From an uncultured Clostridia bacterium (GTDB taxonomy: Bacteria; Bacillota; Clostridia; Saccharofermentanales; Saccharofermentanaceae): 64,000 nucleotides of DNA. This document shows positions 56,340-64,000 of the stretch, piece after piece. The notes under the pieces are model-generated. The model ran no database searches and was not told the DNA's origin. It saw only the letters and a program-made list of their open reading frames with translations. Location of the stretch: contig CAMODL010000001.1 of assembly GCA_946611435.1 (NCBI GenBank), positions 80,818-144,817 on the forward strand. Reading direction: 5' to 3'. How positions within the stretch are numbered: position 1 is the stretch's first letter; each line of letters begins with the position of its first letter. Position numbers and translations under genes: made by a program.

Positions 56340-57857
56340 ATGTCAGATAGTAAGAACTGTGTAGTGAAGAATGCAGGTCCCGAGGTTTCCGGATCCGAAC
56401 CTTCACTTAAAAGACAACTTAATCCGACTCATGTTTGGGCGATCGCTTTCGGATGCATAATCGGCTGGGGCTCATTCGTTAATCCGGGCAAGAAGTTCCT
56501 GCCCAATTCCGGTGTCGCAGGTACAGCCATAGCGATGGTGCTGGGCGCCCTTGTTATGATGATCATCGCGTTCTCGTACGCATATATGGTACCCAAGTAT
56601 CCTAAGGCCGGCGGAGAGTTCACTTTCACAAAGATGTGCTTCGGCAAGGGGGCCGCCTATGTATGCGGCTGGTTCCTCGTAGCTGCCTATCTGACCAATG
56701 TACCGATGAACAGTACTGCCATCGGTCTGATCGTTGACGGTCTGGACGGGACCCGGGATATCCTTAAGTTCGGATTCCACTACACCATAGCTGATTTTGA
56801 AGTGTATATGGGCGAGATGCTTTTCGCTATGACAATACTCATCCTGTTTGGAGTGCTGAACATCATCGGCGTAAAAAAGGCCGGTATAGTTCAGACGATA
56901 TTGGCCGTTCTTCTGGGATTGTCGGTACTGACTCTTACGGTCGCGGCGCTCGTGTCCGGCAAGGTCAGCATCTCCAATATGACACCATGGTGGGGTTTTG
57001 ATAAGTCGGCGGCAGTGGAGGCCTATTCAAACGGTCAGTATACTACTGTCGACGAGTTCGCTCATTCGGGATCTCTCGGGATCATAAGCGCGATACTGGC
57101 GACATTTGCCATCGCTCCGTGGGCTTTCGTCGGATTTGATACGATCCCGCAGGCAGCCGAGGAATTCAAGTTCTCGTATCGTAAGGTCAGTGTCATCATG
57201 TTCATAGCGATCGTCTTCGGATGTTTTGTCTATACTGCCAATAATACGATCGCGGCAGCGGCTCTCGAGAACTGGCCGGAACTTATAGTCGAGAATTCAT
57301 CTACTCCATGGCTGCTCCTCGCAGCTGCCGAGAAACTTCTCGGTCTGCCGGGCAAGATACTTGTCGGAGTCGCTGTCAGCAGCGCGGTACTCTCGGGGAT
57401 CATGGGCTTCTATATGGCAAGTTCAAGGCTTATGTATTCCATGGCAAGAGACGGTTATCTCCCTGCCTTCTTCGGCAAGATCAATTCAAGGTTCAATACC
57501 CCGGTCAATGCCATGCTCTTCTGTATCATCGTATCCCTGTCCGGTCCTATCCTCGGCAGAGAGGCGCTGGGCTGGTTTGTTGATATGTCCGCGATCGGCG
57601 CATCCATCGGTTATCTGGCCACAAGTGCCGCAACGCTTAAGACCATTAGAAGAGACGGTGACGGTAAGCTGATGCTGAGGATCATGGCGATACTCGGCGT
57701 GCTCTTCAGCCTCACGTTTATCGTTCTCCAGCTTGTTCCGATACCCGGACTTGACGGGGTGCATTTCGGTGACGAATCGTATATTATGCTTGTAGTATGG
57801 ATCGTGATCGGAGCAGCATTCTATCTGTTTAGGAAAAAGAAATTCACGAACGACTGA
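56340..57857 (+). CDS. APC-superfamily amino acid permease
   Basis: 505 aa with about 12 TM segments. The N-terminal motif is [14 protein letters not shown]. Confidence 0.85.
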   Translation: MSDSKNCVVKNAGPEVSGSEPSLKRQLNPTHVWAIAFGCIIGWGSFVNPGKKFLPNSGVAGTAIAMVLGALVMMIIAFSYAYMVPKYPKAGGEFTFTKMCFGKGAAYVCGWFLVAAYLTNVPMNSTAIGLIVDGLDGTRDILKFGFHYTIADFEVYMGEMLFAMTILILFGVLNIIGVKKAGIVQTILAVLLGLSVLTLTVAALVSGKVSISNMTPWWGFDKSAAVEAYSNGQYTTVDEFAHSGSLGIISAILATFAIAPWAFVGFDTIPQAAEEFKFSYRKVSVIMFIAIVFGCFVYTANNTIAAAALENWPELIVENSSTPWLLLAAAEKLLGLPGKILVGVAVSSAVLSGIMGFYMASSRLMYSMARDGYLPAFFGKINSRFNTPVNAMLFCIIVSLSGPILGREALGWFVDMSAIGASIGYLATSAATLKTIRRDGDGKLMLRIMAILGVLFSLTFIVLQLVPIPGLDGVHFGDESYIMLVVWIVIGAAFYLFRKKKFTND

Positions 57858-57879
57858 TCGAAAAGAAACGGAGGCGCTT

Positions 57880-59124
57880 ATGTCCTATAAGATCGCAGTA
57901 GCGGGAACAGGTTACGTCGGCTTATCACTGGCTGTGTTGCTTGCACAGAACAATGAGGTCACAGCCGTGGACATAGTGCCGTCGAAGGTGGATGCGATCA
58001 ACCGCAGGATCAGCCCGATAAAGGACGATTATATCGAGAAATATCTCGCCGGGAAGGATCTTGATCTTAAGGCCGTAACTGACGGCAAGGCAGCATATTC
58101 GGAGGCGGATATCGTGGTCATCGCGACGCCCACGAATTATGATCCCCATCTTAATTTTTTTGATTGTTCGGCAGTCGAGACAGTCCTCGGAACGATTATG
58201 GACGCCTGCAGAGAGCGCGGATCATATCCCGTCGTCGTGATCAAGTCCACGATCCCCGTCGGATATACAAAGTCACTTAAGGAGAAATATCCCGACGGAC
58301 CGGTCATTCTCTTCAGTCCGGAATTCCTGAGAGAATCCAAGGCACTGTACGATAACCTGTATCCTTCGAGGATAATCGTGGGTTCCGAGCCCGATTGCCG
58401 CGATAAGGCAAAGGTCTTTGCCGATCTGTTGGTGGAGGGTGCTCTTAAGGAAGATATTCCCGTTCTTATCATGGGAACGACCGAGGCCGAGGCGGTGAAG
58501 CTTTTCGCCAATACATATCTTGCACTCAGAGTGTCCTACTTCAATGAACTTGATACTTACGCCGAGATGAAGGGGCTTAATACCGCCGACATCATCGACG
58601 GCGTATGCCTGGATCCGAGGATAGGCTCTCAGTATAACAATCCGTCGTTCGGATACGGCGGTTATTGCCTGCCCAAGGACACCAAGCAACTGCTGGCTAA
58701 CTATGAGGACGTTCCGCAGAATATGATGACGGCGATCGTCGAGAGCAACCGCACTCGTAAGGACTTTATCTCGGATCGGGTCCTCGAGAAGGCCGGGTAC
58801 TATACCGGTTCGAGCAATTGGGATTCTGCCAGCGAGAAAAAAGTCGTTGTGGGCATCTACCGCCTCACGATGAAGAGCAATTCGGATAATTTCAGACAGT
58901 CTTCGGTACAGGGCATAATGAAGAGGATCAAGGCGAAGGGCGCCACGGTCATTGTCTATGAACCGACGCTTAAGGACGGCGAGACATTCTTCGGGAGTGA
59001 GGTCGTAAACGATCTCGAGGCGTTCAAAAATCGATCGGATACCATCGTTGCCAACAGGTATGACAGCTGTCTGGACGATGTGAAGGATAAAGTCTATACG
59101 AGAGATCTGTTCGGAAGGGACTAA
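57880..59124 (+). CDS. ugd: UDP-glucose 6-dehydrogenase family nucleotide-sugar dehydrogenase
   Basis: Rossmann motif [13 protein letters not shown] and catalytic Cys motif GGYCLPKD. 414 aa. Confidence 0.85.
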   Translation: MSYKIAVAGTGYVGLSLAVLLAQNNEVTAVDIVPSKVDAINRRISPIKDDYIEKYLAGKDLDLKAVTDGKAAYSEADIVVIATPTNYDPHLNFFDCSAVETVLGTIMDACRERGSYPVVVIKSTIPVGYTKSLKEKYPDGPVILFSPEFLRESKALYDNLYPSRIIVGSEPDCRDKAKVFADLLVEGALKEDIPVLIMGTTEAEAVKLFANTYLALRVSYFNELDTYAEMKGLNTADIIDGVCLDPRIGSQYNNPSFGYGGYCLPKDTKQLLANYEDVPQNMMTAIVESNRTRKDFISDRVLEKAGYYTGSSNWDSASEKKVVVGIYRLTMKSNSDNFRQSSVQGIMKRIKAKGATVIVYEPTLKDGETFFGSEVVNDLEAFKNRSDTIVANRYDSCLDDVKDKVYTRDLFGRD

Positions 59125-59267
59125 GTTCGCGGGCGATATGATCCGTAATACCGATTGTATATTGATTTTTGTTCCAAACAGGCGCATACTCTGTTCGTAA
59201 ATGAACACGCCTTCGTTTTGTTGACACGGTTCAGTTACCCTACAATCAACGATTCGGAGGCGTTCAT

Positions 59268-60164
59268 ATGAGCGGCGGATTATCACGTAAGCAATTCGAC
59301 ATCCTTGAGGCTATGGCTCTGGCCGAGGGATCCCTTACACAAAGACAGATCGAAGAGATCACAGGGCATTCGCTCGGAACCGTCAACCGCACGGTCAAGG
59401 AATTGAACGAGGCGGGATTTGCATCTGACGGGAAGATCACGGAGAAGGGATTCGAGGCATTGGAGCCCTATCGTGCCAAGAGAGCCGTGTTCATTGCAGC
59501 AGGGTTCGGAAGCCGCATGGTGCCGATCACTTTCAATACGCCTAAGCCGCTTGTAAGAGTACACGGTCAGAGGATCATCGACGGACTTCTCGATGCATGC
59601 CTCAAGGCGGGAATAGACGATATCTACATCGTTCGCGGATATCTGGCAGAACAGTTCGATCAGCTTCTTTATAAGTACCCGATGATCAAGTTCATCGAGA
59701 ATCCGATGTATAACGAAGCGAACAATATCTCTTCGTCGATGGTGGCGAGATATATGCTGTCCAACAGTTATGTTTTCGAGGCAGATCTGCTCATCGCCAA
59801 TCCCGATATCATCCGTAAGTACCACTACACCTCGGACTTCCTTGCAATAAAGAAGGATCGTACCGATGACTGGTGCTTTGAGGTGAAGGACGGCGTTATC
59901 GTCGAGGAGAAGGTCGGAGGCGAGGACTGCTGGCAGATGGTCGGCATCTCTTACTGGGATGAGGCTGACGGCAGGAAGCTCTGCAACGACATCAAGGAGA
60001 CATATGAGCAGCCGGGCGGTAAGGAAAGATACTGGGAACAGGTTCCGCTCGTTTACTGCAAGAAGAATTACAAGGTTGCTGTAAGAGAATGCAGGGAAGA
60101 GGATATAGTTGAGATCGATTCCTTCAGAGAGCTCAAGGCGATCGACAAGACATACGATGTGTGA
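59268..60164 (+). CDS. Winged-helix domain fused to a LicC-type nucleotidyltransferase. From context it is probably a phosphonate/phosphocholine cytidylyltransferase (PntC-like).
   Basis: The N-terminal roughly 65 aa are wHTH-like (QFDILEAMALAEGSLTQRQIEEITGHSLGTVNRTVKELNEAGF). The NTP-transferase G-loop follows (AVFIAAGFGSRMVPITFNTPKPL). The gene is adjacent to the AEP biosynthesis genes. Confidence 0.75.
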   Translation: MSGGLSRKQFDILEAMALAEGSLTQRQIEEITGHSLGTVNRTVKELNEAGFASDGKITEKGFEALEPYRAKRAVFIAAGFGSRMVPITFNTPKPLVRVHGQRIIDGLLDACLKAGIDDIYIVRGYLAEQFDQLLYKYPMIKFIENPMYNEANNISSSMVARYMLSNSYVFEADLLIANPDIIRKYHYTSDFLAIKKDRTDDWCFEVKDGVIVEEKVGGEDCWQMVGISYWDEADGRKLCNDIKETYEQPGGKERYWEQVPLVYCKKNYKVAVRECREEDIVEIDSFRELKAIDKTYDV

Positions 60165-60180
60165 AGGGAAGGGATTCTTA

Positions 60181-61314
60181 ATGGAAAGCATCAAACGTAA
60201 CATTCTGCTCAACCCCGGGCCATCTACAACGACCGATACGGTCAAGTATGCTCAGGTAGTACCGGATATCTGCCCGCGCGAAAAGGAATTCGCAGGCCTC
60301 ATGGACGGCCTGCGTCAGGATCTGGTGAAGATAGTTCACGGCAACCCTGACGAATATACTTCTGTACTGTTCTGCGGCTCCGGTACGATCAATATCGACG
60401 TGTGCATCAATTCCCTGCTTCCCGAAGGCGGCAAGGTCCTGATAGTTGATAACGGTGCATACAGCACCAGAGCAAGAGAGATCTGCGAATACTACGGTCT
60501 CCCGTTCATCGACATGAAGTATCCGGTAGATCAGCGCCCCGATCTTGATGAAGTCGAGAAGACCCTCAAGGAGAATCCCGACATCGCGCTGGTACATACG
60601 ACACACAATGAGACCGGAACGGGTATCCTGAATCCCATCCGCGAGATCGGTGAACTGGCTCACCGTTACGGTGCGGTCTTTACGGTCGATACCACATCCA
60701 CATATGCGATGAGACCGATCAATGTACATGAGGACAATATCGACTTCTGTATGGCATCTGCTCAGAAGGGTCTTATGGCTTTTACCGGACTGAGCTTTAT
60801 CGTCGGAAGGCGTGACATCATCGAGAAGTCAAAGGATTATCCCAAGAGATCTTATTACTGCAATCTCTATATGCAGTATGAGTATATGGAGAAGACGGGA
60901 GAGATGCACTTCACTCCGCCTGTCCAGACGATCTATGCCACGCTCCGGGCCCTCAAAGAGTATTGGGCAGAGGGTGAAGAGGCCAAGTGGGCACGTCATA
61001 CGAGGGTATTCAATGCGATCAACAATGGTCTTGATGAGCTCGGTTTCAGACAGGTTATCAAGCCTGAGTGGAGAACGGGTCTCGTGTCTTCGGCGATCTA
61101 TCCTGACGATCCCAATTGGAGCTTTGAGAAGGTTCACGATTACTGCTACGAGAGAGGATTTACCATCTACCCCGGTAAGATCAGCACGACAAATACTTTC
61201 CGTCTCTGTGCTCTCGGCGCCATTGATGAAGACGACATCAGGGATTTCTTCGTCGTATTTAAGGAAGCTCTTGTTACGACGGGAGTTCAGATCCCTGTCA
61301 AATATAAGGAATAA
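60181..61314 (+). CDS. phnW: 2-aminoethylphosphonate--pyruvate transaminase-like class V aminotransferase
   Basis: I prefer the start at ATG 60181 (MESIKRNILLNPGPSTTTDTV). PLP-Lys region ASAQKGL. The context is the pepM and ppd genes. Confidence 0.8.
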   Translation: MESIKRNILLNPGPSTTTDTVKYAQVVPDICPREKEFAGLMDGLRQDLVKIVHGNPDEYTSVLFCGSGTINIDVCINSLLPEGGKVLIVDNGAYSTRAREICEYYGLPFIDMKYPVDQRPDLDEVEKTLKENPDIALVHTTHNETGTGILNPIREIGELAHRYGAVFTVDTTSTYAMRPINVHEDNIDFCMASAQKGLMAFTGLSFIVGRRDIIEKSKDYPKRSYYCNLYMQYEYMEKTGEMHFTPPVQTIYATLRALKEYWAEGEEAKWARHTRVFNAINNGLDELGFRQVIKPEWRTGLVSSAIYPDDPNWSFEKVHDYCYERGFTIYPGKISTTNTFRLCALGAIDEDDIRDFFVVFKEALVTTGVQIPVKYKE

Positions 61315-61326
61315 GGAGATATTAAG

Positions 61327-62622
61327 ATGAAGACCGTTTACACATGTTTTTGCACTGATGTTATTCACGCCGGCCACTTGAACATAATAAATGAAGCCCG
61401 TAAACTCGGAAGAGTCATTGTCGGATGCCTTTCCGACGAAGCTTCCATCCGTTACAACAAGTTCCCGACCATCTCTCAGGAAGAGCGCATCAAGCTCTAC
61501 AAAAAACTTGAAGGGGTCGATGAAGTCGTTATCCAGAATGACATGCTCTATGATGACATAATCGCAAGCATTAAGCCGGACTATATTGTTCACGGTGACA
61601 ACTGGAAAGAAGGACCCGAGAAGCCTCTCAGGGATCACGTTGAATTTCTCCTCAAGAAATTCGGAGGCGAGCTCGTGGATATTCCTTACACATATAATGA
61701 TGAAGTCAGGAAGATCGATCTGCAGCTCAAGGAGAAGCTCGCCATGCCCGAGTACAGAAGAAAGAGACTCCGCCAGCTCCTCGGACTGACTCCTATCGTC
61801 AAGGCGATGGAAGCACACAGCGGTCTCACGGGTCTCATCGTCGAGAAGACGGTCGTTGAACACGAGGGCAGGCTTGATCAGTTCGACGCAATGTGGATCT
61901 CGTCGCTGTGCGACTCAACGGCAAAGGGTAAGCCTGATATCGAACTTGTTGACATGACATCCAGATTCAGGACCATTGACGATATCACGGAAGTAACCAC
62001 AAAGCCGATCATTTTCGACGGTGATACAGGCGGACTTACGGAGCACTTTGTTTACACGGTGCGTTCTCTGGAGAAGATGGGCGTATCCGCTGTCATCATC
62101 GAAGACAAGAAGGGCCTTAAGAAGAATTCGCTCTTCGGTACCGAAGTTAAGCAGACGCAGGCTACCATCGAGGAAATGAGTGCCAAGATCGCTGCAGGAA
62201 AGAAGGCTCAGCTTACGGATGATTTCATGATCATCGCGCGTATCGAGAGCCTTATCCTCGAACAGGGTATGGAAGACGCTCTGGCACGTGCGCATGCATT
62301 TGTTGAAGCAGGTGCTGACGGTATCATGATCCATTCCCGTAAGAAAGAACCCGATGAGATCCTGGAATTCTGTGATAAGTTCAGGGCCGATAACAAGGAG
62401 ACACCTATCGTAGTTGTCCCTTCAAGCTTTAACGTGATCACCGAAGAAGAACTTGCTGCTCACGGAGTCAACATCGTTATCTATGCTAACCAGTTGACGA
62501 GAGCTGCTTTCCCTGCGATGCAGAAGACCGCAGAGGACATCTTAAGGTATCACAGAGCCAAGGAAGTCGACGACAGGCTCATGAAGATCAAGGACATCAT
62601 CACTCTCATTGACGAGCTGTAA
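61327..62622 (+). CDS. pepM: Phosphoenolpyruvate mutase with an N-terminal cytidylyltransferase-like (HxGH) domain
   Basis: The N-terminus (CFCTDVIHAGHLNIINEARKLG) is a CTP-transferase-like motif. The C-terminal roughly 290 aa are PEP mutase/isocitrate lyase-like (EAHSGLTGLIVE, MWISSLCDSTAKGKPD, FDGDTGG, IEDK). Confidence 0.85.
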   Translation: MKTVYTCFCTDVIHAGHLNIINEARKLGRVIVGCLSDEASIRYNKFPTISQEERIKLYKKLEGVDEVVIQNDMLYDDIIASIKPDYIVHGDNWKEGPEKPLRDHVEFLLKKFGGELVDIPYTYNDEVRKIDLQLKEKLAMPEYRRKRLRQLLGLTPIVKAMEAHSGLTGLIVEKTVVEHEGRLDQFDAMWISSLCDSTAKGKPDIELVDMTSRFRTIDDITEVTTKPIIFDGDTGGLTEHFVYTVRSLEKMGVSAVIIEDKKGLKKNSLFGTEVKQTQATIEEMSAKIAAGKKAQLTDDFMIIARIESLILEQGMEDALARAHAFVEAGADGIMIHSRKKEPDEILEFCDKFRADNKETPIVVVPSSFNVITEEELAAHGVNIVIYANQLTRAAFPAMQKTAEDILRYHRAKEVDDRLMKIKDIITLIDEL

Positions 62623-62640
62623 TATCCCGGAGGCAAGAAT

Positions 62641-63762
62641 ATGCAAGTAACTACACTTATCAAAGCGATCGGTTCCGACTTCTATACAGGTGTTCCGGAT
62701 TCCCAGCTCAAGGCACTCTGCAATTACCTCATGAGCGAATACGGCATCGATCCCGCTCATCACATAATCGCCGCCAACGAAGGCAACTGTACCGCACTGG
62801 CAGCCGGTTACCATCTGGCTACCGGCAAGGTCCCCGTCGTCTATATGCAGAACAGCGGCGAGGGCAATATCATCAATCCGGTCGCATCCCTTCTGAACGA
62901 CAAGGTATATGCTATCCCCACCGTGTTCATTATCGGCTGGAGAGGCGAGCCCGGCGTACATGACGAGCCGCAGCATATCTATCAGGGTGAGGTAACGCTC
63001 AAGCTCCTCGAAGATATGGACATCGCATACTTTGTGATCGGCAAGGATACGACAGAGGATGATGTTAACAACGCAATGAAGGGCTTTAATGAGATCCTCG
63101 CCAAAGGCAAGGATGTAGCCTTTGTTATCCGTAAGGGCGCGCTCGAGTTCGACGGAAAGGTCGACTATACCAACAGCAATAAGCTGATCCGCGAGGACAT
63201 CATCAGACACATCGCAGCAGCAGCCGGGGAGGATCCGATAGTATCGACGACGGGTAAGGCGAGCCGCGAGCTTTTCGAGATAAGGACTGCCGCGGGCCAG
63301 AGCCACAAGTACGATTTCCTGACAGTCGGATCGATGGGACACAGCAGCAGTATCGCTCTCGGCATCGCACTCAACAAGCCGCAGCAGAAGATCTGGTGTA
63401 TCGACGGTGACGGTGCTGCCCTCATGCATATGGGTGCGATGGCCGTCATCGGTTCGAACAGACCATCGAATCTGATACACGTCCTGATCAATAACGGAGC
63501 ACACGAGACTGTCGGCGGCATGCCCACCGTAGCATCAGATATCGACATGGTATCCATCGCCAAAGCCTGCGGATACCCTCGCGCAGTACGCGTTGAGGAT
63601 GAGGAGTCTCTGGATCGCGCACTTGCCGAAGCTTCCGCATCCGGCGAGCTGTCATTCATCGAAGTAACATGCAACACCGGAGCCCGGGACGATCTCGGCA
63701 GGCCGACTACGACAGCCCTCGAGAACAAGAACAACTTCATGGATTACCTGAAGGAACTCTGA
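62641..63762 (+). CDS. ppd: Phosphonopyruvate decarboxylase (ThDP-dependent)
   Basis: 373 aa. The N-terminus is FYTGVPDSQLKALCNYL and the ThDP motif is GDGAALMHMGAMAVIGS...NNGAHETVGG. It lies directly after pepM. Confidence 0.85.
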   Translation: MQVTTLIKAIGSDFYTGVPDSQLKALCNYLMSEYGIDPAHHIIAANEGNCTALAAGYHLATGKVPVVYMQNSGEGNIINPVASLLNDKVYAIPTVFIIGWRGEPGVHDEPQHIYQGEVTLKLLEDMDIAYFVIGKDTTEDDVNNAMKGFNEILAKGKDVAFVIRKGALEFDGKVDYTNSNKLIREDIIRHIAAAAGEDPIVSTTGKASRELFEIRTAAGQSHKYDFLTVGSMGHSSSIALGIALNKPQQKIWCIDGDGAALMHMGAMAVIGSNRPSNLIHVLINNGAHETVGGMPTVASDIDMVSIAKACGYPRAVRVEDEESLDRALAEASASGELSFIEVTCNTGARDDLGRPTTTALENKNNFMDYLKEL

Positions 63763-63845
63763 TAAATATCTTATTTTATTGAGATATCCGTCAAGAATTG
63801 TTAAAATGAATATGTTTTGAATAAAAATAGTGGAGGTATGGAATT

Positions 63846-64000
63846 ATGGGTATGATCAAGTGTAGCTCCTGTGGCGCTGAAGTTGACGATCAGTACAGAT
63901 TTTGTTCCGAGTGCGGTTCGCCTATCGTGAAGGCCGAGGCAGCAGTCGAAGCAGCAACTGTCGCAGAAGAGGCAGCTGAGGCAGCAGAGGCTAAGATAGA
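63846..64000 (+). CDS. Zinc-ribbon protein, 3' end cut by the window edge
   Basis: SD GGAGGT upstream. The N-terminus MGMIKCSSCGAEVDDQYRFCSECGSP is followed by an Ala/Glu-rich segment. Confidence 0.5.
   Translation, partial: MGMIKCSSCGAEVDDQYRFCSECGSPIVKAEAAVEAATVAEEAAEAAEAKI

Noticed and set aside
58273-63504. Series of long minus-strand ORFs (58273..59286, 59283..60245, 60829..61863, 62542..63504; 320-344 aa each)
   Set aside because: Each lies antisense to a confidently identified plus-strand gene (ugd, licC-like, phnW/pepM, ppd). Their compositions are Arg/Leu/Ile/Asp-rich and they carry no motifs. They are shadow ORFs.

Overview
This 64-kb chromosomal segment reads like a Clostridia-class Firmicute, probably a gut anaerobe of the Lachnospiraceae or Oscillospiraceae type. 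That assignment is an inference from gene content, not from a search. Supporting content: a ctsR-mcsA-mcsB-clpC operon behind a CtsR heptad operator, many Cys-lipobox lipoproteins, zinc-ribbon membrane proteins and BspA-type LRR surface proteins.

Recognisable core genes:
- Y-family polymerase with a YolD-like partner, tRNA-Thr, tRNA-Ser, azlCD
- a propeller/Y_Y_Y sensor fused to HD-GYP, and the CtsR stress operon
- a Na/Pi-PhoU transporter and an in-frame pgk-tpiA fusion
- a YugP-like peptidase, a GH94-like phosphorylase, an alpha/beta hydrolase, a thioesterase
- trxB, tyrS, glnA, GH13, GH3, an APC permease and ugd
- at the right edge, a 2-aminoethylphosphonate cluster (LicC-like nucleotidyltransferase, phnW-like transaminase, PEP mutase, phosphonopyruvate decarboxylase)

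Accessory content:
- an AT-richer block of secreted proteins after tRNA-Ser (3.8-7.2 kb)
- a 53-bp-period dyad repeat array and two decayed genes (7.3-8.2 kb)
- an AT-richer cluster (30.6-37.3 kb) bracketed by two paralogous membrane-anchored XRE regulators
- an ECF sigma/anti-sigma/DUF4349/lipoprotein neighbourhood (37.4-42.3 kb)
- three tandem LRR-linker-2xDUF4214 surface-protein paralogs (46.2-52.3 kb)

I recognised no rRNA, CRISPR array, transposase, integrase or phage structural gene.

The most interesting observations are the XRE-bracketed cluster, an McsB homolog that has lost the phosphagen-kinase catalytic signature, the anchor-less LRR-DUF4214 trio with a codon-scrambled peptide repeat, and the 53-bp dyad repeat array. 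All family names come from motif recognition by eye and need HMM or BLAST confirmation.
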